Source: Verrucomicrobiaceae bacterium
Lineage (GTDB): Bacteria; Verrucomicrobiota; Verrucomicrobiia; Chthoniobacterales; JAATET01
Reading direction: 5' to 3'
Assembly (NCBI GenBank): GCA_027488755.1
Contig: JAIYAZ010000135.1
Location: 31,382-95,381, forward strand
DNA: 64,000 bases
The notes under the pieces are model-generated. The model did not search any database and had not been told where the DNA came from. It worked only from the letters and a program-made list of their open reading frames with translations. The position numbers and the translations under genes were made by a program. Below, piece by piece: positions 8,442-17,324 of this stretch (its first letter is position 1; each line of letters begins with the position of its first letter).

Positions 8442-9463
8442 CAGGCGGTGAAGGTGCGGCCGAGGCCGAGGGCGGCGAGTTTTTGCCGGTAGGTGATGGA
8501 GCTGCGGTCGGCGCGGATGTGGACCTCCTCGTGGAGGTCGATGGGGAGTTCCTCCGGGTATTGTTGTTCGACGATGGCTTTGTCCTCGGCGAAGACCTGG
8601 TGGTTGAAGTCGAGGGTGGCCTGGAGCGGGGCGTCTTTGTCGAAGTTGCGGCAGATGGGGACGAAGACGCGGGCCTTGCGGGCGGAGACGGGGCAGGCGG
8701 CGTTGAGGATGTGGAGCTGGCCGTCGTTGGGGAAGAAAACGGTGAGCTTCGCGGTGAAGGGGAGGAAGACCTCGAAGAGACGACGCCACTCGAAGCCGGG
8801 GGGATTGAGGTGCTTGAGGTGGGTGGGGTAGTTGCTGACGGTGCTGCGGTAGTCGGCGCGGAAGCCGCGGGGGGTGTCCTCGACGGGGTAGGTGGGGACT
8901 TCGGGGTTCTGGCTTTCGCCAAAACTCTCGACGTGGACGAAGGCGAAGTGGCTGACGTCGAGGAATCCCTCGATCTGGCGGCCGGCGGAGGCGTCGAGTT
9001 CGACGCTGTCGGGGAGAACCTGGAGGTAGCTGGGATCGTCCCAGCAGGCGAAGTCGGGCAGCTCGGGATCGCCACCTTCGCGAACCAGGCGAACCCAGAC
9101 GAGGCCGTAGGCTTCAGTGACGTCGTAGGTTTGGAGACGGAGCTTCGGGGGGATGGCGGCGGAGGGGTGGGCGGGGATTTTGACGCATTGGCCGCAGGCG
9201 TCGTAGCGGAAGCCGTGGTAGGCGCAGACGAGATCGCCGTTTTCGAGGGAGCCCATGCTGAGGGGGACGCCGCGGTGCAGGCAGAGGTCGCGGGCGGCGG
9301 TGAGGGTGTCGCCGGTGCGCCAGATGACGAGGCGCTCATCGAGCAGGGTGGCGGCGAATGGGCGGTCGGCGACTTCGCGGGAGAAGGCGACGGGATACCA
9401 GTAGGGGGCGAGGGCCCGCCAGTCGGACTCGAGGAAGGTGCAGTTCCGGGGGAGGGTCATCAT
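8441..9463 (-). CDS. Rieske non-heme iron oxygenase alpha subunit, copy 2
   Basis: WYPVAFS, CLHRG...CAYHG, EGFLDVSHFAFVH, FAEDKAIVEQQ; stop overlaps the copy 1 start (TGATG). Confidence 0.9.
   Translation of the reverse strand: MMTLPRNCTFLESDWRALAPYWYPVAFSREVADRPFAATLLDERLVIWRTGDTLTAARDLCLHRGVPLSMGSLENGDLVCAYHGFRYDACGQCVKIPAHPSAAIPPKLRLQTYDVTEAYGLVWVRLVREGGDPELPDFACWDDPSYLQVLPDSVELDASAGRQIEGFLDVSHFAFVHVESFGESQNPEVPTYPVEDTPRGFRADYRSTVSNYPTHLKHLNPPGFEWRRLFEVFLPFTAKLTVFFPNDGQLHILNAACPVSARKARVFVPICRNFDKDAPLQATLDFNHQVFAEDKAIVEQQYPEELPIDLHEEVHIRADRSSITYRQKLAALGLGRTFTA
9147..9290. repeat. 144-bp direct repeat, copy B (partner 8074..8217)
   Basis: Manual alignment, offset 1073 bp. Confidence 0.9.
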
Positions 9464-9568
9464 GGAGCGGGGTAGAAAATGGCAGGGGAGCGAAAAGCAT
9501 GATCCATGCCTTGGGGGGAGCGAGAATCTGCTTTTCGCGGGCGGCGGGGCGGCTAGGATGCGCGGCCC

Positions 9569-10012
9569 ATGGATACGACCCTTGTCTTGTTAAAGCCCGA
9601 TTGCGTGGCCGGCCGGAAGGTTGGCGAAGTTGTGAAGCGCTTCGAGGAGGCGGGATTTCAGATTCGCGGGGCGAAGATGTTCGCCGCGAGCGCGGAGTTG
9701 CTGAAGGGGCATTACGCGCATTTGATTGATAAGCCGTTTTTCCCGGAGCTGGAGGTGTTCATGCAGAGCACGCCGGTGGTGGCGCTGGCGCTGGCCGGCG
9801 ACAATGCGGTGGAGCGCGTGCGGACGATCATCGGGCCGACGGATTCGAAGAAGGCCGACAAGGGCACGGTGCGCGGCGACTTCGGCGTGGACGTGATGGT
9901 GAACATCGTGCACGCGTCGGACTCGAACGAGAACGCGGCGATCGAGCTGAAGCGGTTTTTTGCCCCGGGCGAGTTGTTCGACTACGCGATGGGCTACCGC
10001 ACGAAGCCGTAG
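9569..10012 (+). CDS. ndk: Nucleoside diphosphate kinase
   Basis: TLVLLKPD, GTVRGDFG, NIVHASDS phospho-His motif. Confidence 0.97.
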   Translation: MDTTLVLLKPDCVAGRKVGEVVKRFEEAGFQIRGAKMFAASAELLKGHYAHLIDKPFFPELEVFMQSTPVVALALAGDNAVERVRTIIGPTDSKKADKGTVRGDFGVDVMVNIVHASDSNENAAIELKRFFAPGELFDYAMGYRTKP

Positions 10013-10031
10013 GCGGGCGGAAGCGGCGACC

Positions 10032-10913
10032 TTACGGCGTCGGGCTGGGACCGGGTCCCGGTCCGGGGCCGGAGCCGGTGCGGCGGACGACGACCTGCAC
10101 GGAGCCGCCGACGTTGCCGGCGTCGTCCACGGCGCGGAAGTAGAAGACGTTGCGGCCGGGTTTGAGGCTGGTGGCGGGGTAGTTCCAGTTGTAGGTGCCG
10201 TTAGCGCCGGAGTAGACGCCGTTGACGTTCGTCTTCGCGACCTCGACGCGGGAGATGGCGAGCGTGCCGCCCGCGGTGCCCTTGATCATGATGGTCGGGC
10301 GGGACGTGGTGATGAGGGTGGAGGCGGGCGTGACGGTGGGCGGGTAGATGAGCTGCGAGCCCTGAACGATGACCTTCGTGAAGCGGACGGAGGGTTCGAT
10401 GCCGCCCTGCTGATTCGCGTAGGCGTAGAGCCGGAAGGTGATCTGACTGCTGATCGTGAGGCTGAGCGGGAAGAAGAGGCTGTTCTTGCCCGGCCAGGTG
10501 GTGGTGACCTGGGCTTCGCCGAGGTTGTTTTTGTAGCCGTCGAGGCTGGAGCGGAGGACGACGCCGCGGGGGGTGGAATTGCCGCCGCGGGAGGCGGTGA
10601 AGGAGAAGCCGCCGAGTTGGACGGTCTGGCCCTTGGGCGGGGTGAGGGAGAATTGCGCGAACTGGCTGCTGGAGACGGCCTGGCTGGCGTTTTTGGCGGT
10701 TTGTTTGAGGAGGATGAAGCCGTAGCTGCCGTTGTTGTTGCCGAGGCCAACGACGGCCTTGGAGCCGCCGTTGCCAAGGAAGCCGGAGCCTTCGTAACCG
10801 TCGGCGAGGGTGGGGGAGAGATTGCCGTTGAAGTAGTAACTCAACAGGTCGGCGGAGCGGGCCGAAATCGGGAGTAAAAGCGCCGCGAGGAGCGGCAGGA
10901 CGGGCAGCCTCAT
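10032..10913 (-). CDS. Secreted beta-rich hypothetical protein with a C-terminal Ig-like module and Pro-Gly tail
   Basis: Signal peptide MRLPVLPLLAALLLPISARSA; S/G/N/T-rich; IKGTA..ISRVEV..GTYNW..LKPGRN.FYFRAVD..GN. Confidence 0.75.
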   Translation of the reverse strand: MRLPVLPLLAALLLPISARSADLLSYYFNGNLSPTLADGYEGSGFLGNGGSKAVVGLGNNNGSYGFILLKQTAKNASQAVSSSQFAQFSLTPPKGQTVQLGGFSFTASRGGNSTPRGVVLRSSLDGYKNNLGEAQVTTTWPGKNSLFFPLSLTISSQITFRLYAYANQQGGIEPSVRFTKVIVQGSQLIYPPTVTPASTLITTSRPTIMIKGTAGGTLAISRVEVAKTNVNGVYSGANGTYNWNYPATSLKPGRNVFYFRAVDDAGNVGGSVQVVVRRTGSGPGPGPGPSPTP

Positions 10914-10922
10914 GAAGGGTGA

Positions 10923-10951
10923 TTCCTAAGCGGGGCGGGGCGGGGCGTCAA
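10923..10951 (-). promoter_or_regulatory. Putative promoter of the 10032..10913 gene
   Basis: TTGACG-N17-TAGGAA-N9-ATG on the minus strand. Confidence 0.5.
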
Positions 10952-11004
10952 TCCCGCGCGCGCGAAAATTTGCGTGCGAATTTGTTGGGGGGTTCTAGGT
11001 TGAG

Positions 11005-11856
11005 GTGGAGTTCATGCCCCAGAACACGGTCAACCTTTGGTCGATGCTGTGCGGGGAGCTCGAGTCCTCGCGGGCGGCGGGTTCCACGGCGGCGGGGCAT
11101 GTGGAGGCGGCGCGGAAATTTGAGGCGACGGCGCGGGAGGTTTTTCGCGACCGGCCGGATCGGCTGCGGGACGCGCTTGAGATCGCGGGGGACGTTCAGC
11201 AGAGCGAGGGGGAGTTGACGTCGGCGCGGCGGTGTTTTGAGGAGGCGCTGGCGGTGGGCGAGGCGGCCCCGGAGGCGCGGGGGCGGTTGGCGACAAAGCT
11301 GGCGATGCTGGAGGATGCGGCGGGGGAGCTGGCGGAGGCGCGGCGGCATTACGAGATGGCGCTGGAGGCGGCGGCGAAGGGGCATGACCGTTCGCAGCGG
11401 GCGACGCTGTGGAACAATCTGGCGGCGTTGCACCGGCAGGCGGGGGATTTGGCGGCGGCGGAGGCGGGTTACGAGCGGGCGTTGGCGGAATCGGCGGAGG
11501 TGCATGGGCCGGACCATCCGGAGGTGGCGTTGTTTGCGAACAATCTGGCGGTGGCCTGCACGGACCGGGGAAATCTGGTGAAGGCGGAGCATCTGCATTT
11601 GCGGGCGCTGCAGATTCGCGAGCGGACGTTTGGGGCGCATCATCCGGAGGTGGCGGCGTCACTGGCGAATCTGGCGGCGGTGTATCAGGCGCAGAATCTG
11701 CCGGGGAAGGCGGAGCGGTTTTACCAGAGCGCGCTGCACATTCTGACGGAGTTTCACGGCGCGAATGATCCGGAGGTGCGGCGCATTCGCGAGAACTACG
11801 AGAGCCTGCCGCAGGTGCGGGCGCGGGGGTTGTCGCGGACGCAGCGGCTGGGCTAG
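11005..11856 (+). CDS. Tetratricopeptide repeat protein (kinesin-light-chain-type TPR)
   Basis: HGPDHPEVALFANNLA, FGAHHPEVAASLANLAAVY repeats. Confidence 0.85.
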   Translation: MEFMPQNTVNLWSMLCGELESSRAAGSTAAGHVEAARKFEATAREVFRDRPDRLRDALEIAGDVQQSEGELTSARRCFEEALAVGEAAPEARGRLATKLAMLEDAAGELAEARRHYEMALEAAAKGHDRSQRATLWNNLAALHRQAGDLAAAEAGYERALAESAEVHGPDHPEVALFANNLAVACTDRGNLVKAEHLHLRALQIRERTFGAHHPEVAASLANLAAVYQAQNLPGKAERFYQSALHILTEFHGANDPEVRRIRENYESLPQVRARGLSRTQRLG

Positions 11857-13919
11857 AGGGCGAGTTCGCCGGGGAGGCCGCCGGCGGGGGCGAAGGGGGC
11901 GAACTTGGCGTGGAGCTCGTGGAGCTTCGCGACGTAATACTCGATGTTTTCGTCGCGCGCGGCGGGGTTCCATAACGCGACGGGGCGGGCGGCCTCGTAG
12001 GCGACGACCTTCTTTTTCGTGCCGGTGATGTAGTAGCTGACGGTGTCGCCGGCCTGGTAGTCGCGGCCGCTGGCGAGGGCGAGTTCGAAGGCGGCGGAGC
12101 GGTTGCGGGAGGAGGCGGCGATTTTGCGTTGGTAGGCGGCGGGGCTGTCCTGGAGCGTTTCGGTTTTGGCGAGCTGCGTGATGGGCCAGCGGCGTTCGCG
12201 GATGGCGGCCTCGAAGTCCGAGTGGAGGGCGTGAACGGCGGCGGGTTCGTCGCGCAGGATGTGGCCGATGGCGCGGAGGAGGTAGTCGCGCAGGTAGGGT
12301 TCCATGCCGCGGGACTTGAGCGCGGCGCCCTTAAGCTTGATGCCGCCGTCGGCGGTGAGCAGGGCGTAGTTTTTCGCCTTGTAGCTGAGCATGGCGGGGT
12401 GGCGGGCGTCGAATTCGACCTCGATGCCGGCGGGCAGGACGGTGCGGAGGCCGGATTCGAGCGCGTCGGCGGGGGTGTCCGCCGGGGGTTGGAAGTAGAT
12501 GCCGTCAGTGTCGATTTCGATGACGCGGGCACCGGCCTGCTGGAGCCAGGCGACCATGGCGCGGAGGATTTCGCGGCCGCGGGCGGTGACGGCGGCGGCG
12601 GCGTCGAAGTCGGCGAAGTGGCCCTGCGCGAAGCCGAGGTAGCCGTAGAAGCTGTTGATGAGGATTTTGAGGGCGTTTTGCTGGGCGGAGAAGTGGCGTT
12701 CCTCGGCGGGGGTGGCGGCGGCGCGCATGCGTTGCTTGGCCTCGTAGCGGAAGGCGCGGAGGCGGGTGAGGAGTCCGCCGAAGACACCGAGTGTGTCGCT
12801 GGCGGGGAGGAGCCCGAAGCTGAGCATGAGGGAGGGGTAGAGCGAGGTGATGTCGCAGTGCCAGACGTTGCGCGCGACGCCGGTGAAGAAGATGTCGGTG
12901 TAGCCGCCTTCGAAGGGCCGTGGCTCGGGCGGCTCGGGGATGCTGTGGGCGCAGCGGAGGTATTCGCGGAGGAAGAGGGAGTCGATCTTCGTGGCGTTGC
13001 CGCGGACGATGACGTCCTGGAAATTGTAGGGAAAAATCTGGGCCTGGACGAAGTCGGTGGCGGCGAGCGTCGCGGCGAGGGCGCGGGTGGCGGCGAGGGG
13101 CTGGTCGGCGGGCGCGCCGAAGTGGGCGGCGACGTCGGGCAGGTCGAAGCCTTCGAGTTCGCGGGTGCCGACGTCGTAGTATTGCGCGAGGACCCAGGTG
13201 TCGACGAAGTGGCGGCCGGGGACGGCGTAGCGGGGGTATTGGATGGTTTTTTCGGCGATTTGCAGGCGCGAGGAGCGGGAGGTGAGGGGAAGGCCGCCGC
13301 GTCCCCAGGTGAGGCGGAGGCGGTGGTGGCGGGCGCGGGCGGCGAGCGCAGGCAGGAGGTGGCGGAAGAGGTGGTGGGCTTCGATGAGGTCGGGGTCGCG
13401 GGTGGCGATGAGGTCCGCGAGTTCGACGAGGGCGGCGCGTTCCTCCGCGTCGGTGGTGATCGCAAAGGTGCGCTCCCAGCCGGTGGCGTCGCCGACGGCG
13501 AGGAGGCGGAGCCGGTCGCGCGTGGGGTCGGCATGGGGCGCGTCGGCGGGCGGGTCGAGTTCGGCGTGGAGTTGCAGGCGGCGCAGGTCGTCGAAGGTGA
13601 GTCCTTTGAAAAGGGTGCGGCCGGTGCGGGTGAGGAATTGCTGGACGGGGTCGCTGAAGAAGAAGGCGCGTTCGCCGCGGAGGCCGGCGAGATCCTTCCA
13701 GGTGGGGAATTCGCGGAGAGTGGAGAGGGGGTGCGGGCCGGCGAGCGTGGCGGGCGGCTCGGCGGTCCACGCAAAGGGCGCGAAGGAATGTTCCTCGACG
13801 CGGGTGGCGCCGAGGGCGTCACGGCGGAAGACGAGGGCGGTGTGGTCGCCGTCGAATTCCACGGCGACGATGCCGGTCTCGGGATTCGCGCCGAAAAGGG
13901 CCGGGTCGGAGAGGTCCAT
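11853..13919 (-). CDS. Family B DNA polymerase with a degenerate 3'-5' exonuclease domain
   Basis: Motif A DITSLYPS, motif B QNALKILINSFYGYLG, motif C IDTDG, KNYA, KGAALKSR; ATG at 13919; 688 aa. Confidence 0.92.
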   Translation of the reverse strand: MDLSDPALFGANPETGIVAVEFDGDHTALVFRRDALGATRVEEHSFAPFAWTAEPPATLAGPHPLSTLREFPTWKDLAGLRGERAFFFSDPVQQFLTRTGRTLFKGLTFDDLRRLQLHAELDPPADAPHADPTRDRLRLLAVGDATGWERTFAITTDAEERAALVELADLIATRDPDLIEAHHLFRHLLPALAARARHHRLRLTWGRGGLPLTSRSSRLQIAEKTIQYPRYAVPGRHFVDTWVLAQYYDVGTRELEGFDLPDVAAHFGAPADQPLAATRALAATLAATDFVQAQIFPYNFQDVIVRGNATKIDSLFLREYLRCAHSIPEPPEPRPFEGGYTDIFFTGVARNVWHCDITSLYPSLMLSFGLLPASDTLGVFGGLLTRLRAFRYEAKQRMRAAATPAEERHFSAQQNALKILINSFYGYLGFAQGHFADFDAAAAVTARGREILRAMVAWLQQAGARVIEIDTDGIYFQPPADTPADALESGLRTVLPAGIEVEFDARHPAMLSYKAKNYALLTADGGIKLKGAALKSRGMEPYLRDYLLRAIGHILRDEPAAVHALHSDFEAAIRERRWPITQLAKTETLQDSPAAYQRKIAASSRNRSAAFELALASGRDYQAGDTVSYYITGTKKKVVAYEAARPVALWNPAARDENIEYYVAKLHELHAKFAPFAPAGGLPGELAL

Positions 13920-13989
13920 GGCGGCAGCGTAGCGCGGCGGGGTGTTTTTGGCGGGGGATTTTTCGCGGCGGGTGTGATAGAGGATCGGG

Positions 13990-14736
13990 ATGGGTCGTCG
14001 CAGGCAGTCGGTGCGGGAGTTTTTTCGCGCGTATCCGTTCGGGGTGTTGCTGCTGGCGACGCTGGTGATGATCGTGGGGGCGCCGCTGACGGCGGAGTTT
14101 GCGCGGCGGGTCGAGGGGGTGCAGGGGCCGGCGATGCTGGCGCCGCTGACGATTCTGCTGACGCTGGCGTCGGCGTTTGCGGTCTGGAATTTGGCGCGGC
14201 ATCGCGCGGTGATGATCGTGGCGGCGGGGCTGGTGCTGACGATCATCGGGGCGAGCAGCGTGATCACGCATCATGCGCTGAACATGGCGCACGTGGTGGT
14301 GCAGACGTTGTTTTTGATTTACGTGACCGGGACGCTGGTGCGGACGGTGTTCCGCGCGCGGATCGTGGACGGCAACATCCTGTGCGGGGCAGCGTGCATT
14401 TATCTGCTGGTGGGCACGCTGTGGGGGTTTGGTTACACGATGCTGGAGCTGACGGTGCCGGACAGTTTCATGGTGGTCGAGCCCGGTCACACGGAGGCGG
14501 TGGACCTGCGGGAGGAGCCGGGTTGGTTGATTTACTTCAGCTTCACGACGCTGACGACGGTGGGCTTTGGCGACGTGCTGCCGACGAGTGCGAACGCGCG
14601 GAGCATGGCGGTGCTCGAGGCGGTGATCGGCCAGATTATGATCGTCGTGATGATGGCGAGACTCGTAGGTCTTCATGTGGCGCACGCGACTTCGCCGAAC
14701 GCGCACACGAAATTTTCCGTATCGGAGGAGGAGTGA
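13990..14736 (+). CDS. Potassium channel family protein (Ion_trans_2)
   Basis: Several TM helices; YFSFTTLTTVGFGD pore/selectivity filter. Confidence 0.9.
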   Translation: MGRRRQSVREFFRAYPFGVLLLATLVMIVGAPLTAEFARRVEGVQGPAMLAPLTILLTLASAFAVWNLARHRAVMIVAAGLVLTIIGASSVITHHALNMAHVVVQTLFLIYVTGTLVRTVFRARIVDGNILCGAACIYLLVGTLWGFGYTMLELTVPDSFMVVEPGHTEAVDLREEPGWLIYFSFTTLTTVGFGDVLPTSANARSMAVLEAVIGQIMIVVMMARLVGLHVAHATSPNAHTKFSVSEEE

Positions 14737-15155
14737 TGAACATGAGGAATTTTGCGCGGGTGGTGTTTCTGCTGGTGGGCGTTCTTGGGCTCACGGCCGC
14801 GGGCTTTACGTTTGAGCGGGTGGACTACGGGGAGCCGGTGCGGTTTGCGAAGGGCAAGGAGCTGCGATTTCCGGACCTGCGGCTGCGCTATCTGGGGGCG
14901 CGCGAGATTCCCGCGGCGGGCAAGGTTCCGGGCGTGCGGATGGAGGACTTCGTGGTGACCGGCCGACGCGGCGCGCAGAAAATCACGTGGATGAACGGGC
15001 CGGGGAAGGCCGTGCCGGTGGTGTTTACGGTCGCGGCGGAAAACTACGTGCTCGAGCTCGGGCAAAGCGTCGGGCAGGCAAAGCCGCTGGCGGCGGATGA
15101 AGCGGTGGTGTGGCCGGAGAAGCGATACCGGGAGCTGCTGGCTGCGCCGCGCTAG
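14736..15155 (+). CDS. Secreted hypothetical protein
   Basis: ATG overlaps the channel stop (TGATG); signal peptide MNMRNFARVVFLLVGVLGLTAAG. Confidence 0.65.
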   Translation: MNMRNFARVVFLLVGVLGLTAAGFTFERVDYGEPVRFAKGKELRFPDLRLRYLGAREIPAAGKVPGVRMEDFVVTGRRGAQKITWMNGPGKAVPVVFTVAAENYVLELGQSVGQAKPLAADEAVVWPEKRYRELLAAPR

Positions 15156-16666
15156 GCGTGGCGCGTGTAGTGCCGCTCGATGGCGGCGACGAGGCCGGGG
15201 ATGTCGTGGGTCTTCGCTTCGATGTCCACCTCAAGCCCGAGGGCGCGGACGGTTTTTGAGGTCACGGGGCCGATGCTGGCGATTTCGAGGCCGGCGGGGA
15301 GCGGGAGCTGGAGGGTGGCGAAGTTTTCCGCGGTGGAGGAGCTGGTGAAGGTGATCATGTCGGCGCCCTCGGCGCGGAAGCGGGCGATGCCGCCGGCGAC
15401 GTCCTCGGTCTCGGGCACGGTGCGGTAGGCGATGGCTTCGTCGACGATGGCTCCGAGGCGGGTGAGCTCGGTGGCGAGGACTTCGCGGGCGCCCTCGGCG
15501 CGGGCGAGGAGGATTTTGAGATTATCGACGGTGGTTTCGCGCTGGAAGGTTTTGACGATTTCCTCGGCGACGTATTTTTCGGGCTGGAGGTCGACCTCGA
15601 AGCGGAAGCTGCGGACGCGTTCGGCGGTGGCGGGACCGATGGCGGCGATGCGGACGCCGCCGATGGAGCGGGCGTCCTTGAAGAGGGTATAAAACACCTC
15701 GAAGAACGCGTCGACGCCGTTCGGGCTGGTGAAGACGAGCCAGTCGTATTCGTGGGCGTCGCTGACGAGCTGGTAGAACTCGCGTTTTTTGGGGGAGGGC
15801 TCGATGCGGATGGTGGGGAGTTCGAAGGCGTCAGCCCCGAGGTCGCGCAGGCGGGTGAGGAGGGCGCCGGCCTGTTGGCGGGTGCGGGTGACGGCGATGC
15901 GCCGGCCGAAGAGCGGGCGGGATTCGAACCAGTTCAGCGCCTCGCGGCGGGTGACGACGTCGCCGAAGACGGCCACGGCGGGGGCCTTGAATCCGGCGGC
16001 GGCCACACGGGCGGCGATGTCGGCAAGGGTGCCGGTGAGGGTTTGCTGGCGGCCGGTGGTGGCCCAGCGCACGAGGGCGACCGGGGTGGCGGGCGGCATG
16101 CCGGCGGCCTGGAGCGAGGCGGTGATGGCGTCGAGGCGCTCGACGCCCATGAGCATGACCTTCGTGCCGGGGGCGCGGGCGATGGCGTCGTAGTCGAGGC
16201 GCGACTCGGTTTTGGTGGGGTCCTCGTGGCCGGTGAAGATCGTGAGCGTGGTGTTGTCGCCGCGGTGGGTGACGGGGATGCCCGCGTAGGCGGGGCCGGC
16301 GATGGCGGAGGAAATGCCGGGGACGATTTCAAAGCGGAGGCCAGCCTGGGCGAGGGCTTCGGCCTCTTCTCCGCCGCGGCCGAAGATGAAGGGGTCGCCG
16401 CCCTTGAGGCGCACGACGACGCGGCCGGCGGCGGTTTTTTCGACGAGCAGGGCGTTGATGCCTTCCTGGCTGAGGGTGTGGGCGCCGGCTTTTTTGCCGA
16501 CGTAGATGCGTTCGGCGGAGTCCGGGGCGTGGAGCAGGAGGGCGGGGTTGCTGAGGTAGTCGTAGACGACGACTTCGGCCTGGGCGAGGCAGTCGCGCCC
16601 GCGGAGGGTCAGGAGGCCGGGGTCGCCGGGGCCGGCGCCGACGAGGTAACAGATGCCATTACTCAT
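15152..16666 (-). CDS. cobA: Uroporphyrinogen-III C-methyltransferase / uroporphyrinogen-III synthase fusion (CobA-HemD)
   Basis: YLVGAGPGDPGLLT, RLKGGDPFIFGRGGEE; HemD half RPLFGRRIAVTR, FTSPNGV, FTSSST, SIGPVT. Confidence 0.95.
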   Translation of the reverse strand: MSNGICYLVGAGPGDPGLLTLRGRDCLAQAEVVVYDYLSNPALLLHAPDSAERIYVGKKAGAHTLSQEGINALLVEKTAAGRVVVRLKGGDPFIFGRGGEEAEALAQAGLRFEIVPGISSAIAGPAYAGIPVTHRGDNTTLTIFTGHEDPTKTESRLDYDAIARAPGTKVMLMGVERLDAITASLQAAGMPPATPVALVRWATTGRQQTLTGTLADIAARVAAAGFKAPAVAVFGDVVTRREALNWFESRPLFGRRIAVTRTRQQAGALLTRLRDLGADAFELPTIRIEPSPKKREFYQLVSDAHEYDWLVFTSPNGVDAFFEVFYTLFKDARSIGGVRIAAIGPATAERVRSFRFEVDLQPEKYVAEEIVKTFQRETTVDNLKILLARAEGAREVLATELTRLGAIVDEAIAYRTVPETEDVAGGIARFRAEGADMITFTSSSTAENFATLQLPLPAGLEIASIGPVTSKTVRALGLEVDIEAKTHDIPGLVAAIERHYTRHA

Positions 16667-16775
16667 TGGACAGAGAGCGTAGCGGCTGGGGGCGGAGGTG
16701 CAAGGGGGCGCGCGGGGCAGGAAAGGGGGCGAGTGCCGTTGACAAAACGCCGGGCAGGTGGTGGAACTAGGGTCT

Positions 16776-17324
16776 ATGGACGACGCCTTGCCGCTCACGC
16801 CGGTCCTTCTCGGCGTCGTCGGGGCGCTTTTGCTGGTGGTTGGGCGGAGGATTTATTGGTTCTTCGTCGCGGCGGTGGGATTTTTCAGCGGATACGTCTT
16901 GGGGGATCAGTTGTTTCCCGAGTTGCCGGATCCGTGGCTGCTGCTGGCGTCGCTGGTGGTGGGCTTGCTGGGGGCGTTGATCGCGCGATTTTTGCAGCGG
17001 CTGGCGGTGATGCTTGCGGGGGGCGCGGTGGGCGGTTTGATTGCCTTTCGCCTTGCTCCGGAGGTGGGTTTGCACACGCCGGCGGGGATGGTGGTGGCCT
17101 GCGTGACGGGCGCGCTGCTGATTGCGGTGTTTGTGACGGTGTTGTTTGATCCGGCGCTGATCATCATGTCCTCGCTGGCCGGCGGGGTGATGATCGTGCA
17201 GGCGGTGGGGTTGGCCGCGGAGTTGATTTTTCCCGCGGTGCTGGTGCTCGCGGTGCTGGGAATTGCGTTCCAGTTCTGGATGATGCGGCACCATCGCACC
17301 GTGCCGCCGCCGCCCGCCGGCTAG
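16776..17324 (+). CDS. DUF4203-like membrane protein
   Basis: Gly-rich multi-TM pattern GALLLVVGRRIY...SSLAGG...LGIAFQF. Confidence 0.7.
   Translation: MDDALPLTPVLLGVVGALLLVVGRRIYWFFVAAVGFFSGYVLGDQLFPELPDPWLLLASLVVGLLGALIARFLQRLAVMLAGGAVGGLIAFRLAPEVGLHTPAGMVVACVTGALLIAVFVTVLFDPALIIMSSLAGGVMIVQAVGLAAELIFPAVLVLAVLGIAFQFWMMRHHRTVPPPPAG

Noticed and set aside
8074-9290. Diversity-generating retroelement template/variable repeat pair
   Set aside because: Only three mismatches, synonymous and not adenine-specific; both copies are coding; no reverse transcriptase in the window.
3487-9463. Genomic island integrated at tRNA-Ser
   Set aside because: No integrase, no duplicated tRNA 3' end noticed, and composition matches the flanks.
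12129-15155. 1008-aa plus-strand ORF, and the 930-aa minus-strand ORF at 11030..13822
   Set aside because: Antisense or off-frame shadows of polB with low-complexity translations typical of high-GC DNA; only the last 139 codons (14736..15155) look like a real gene.
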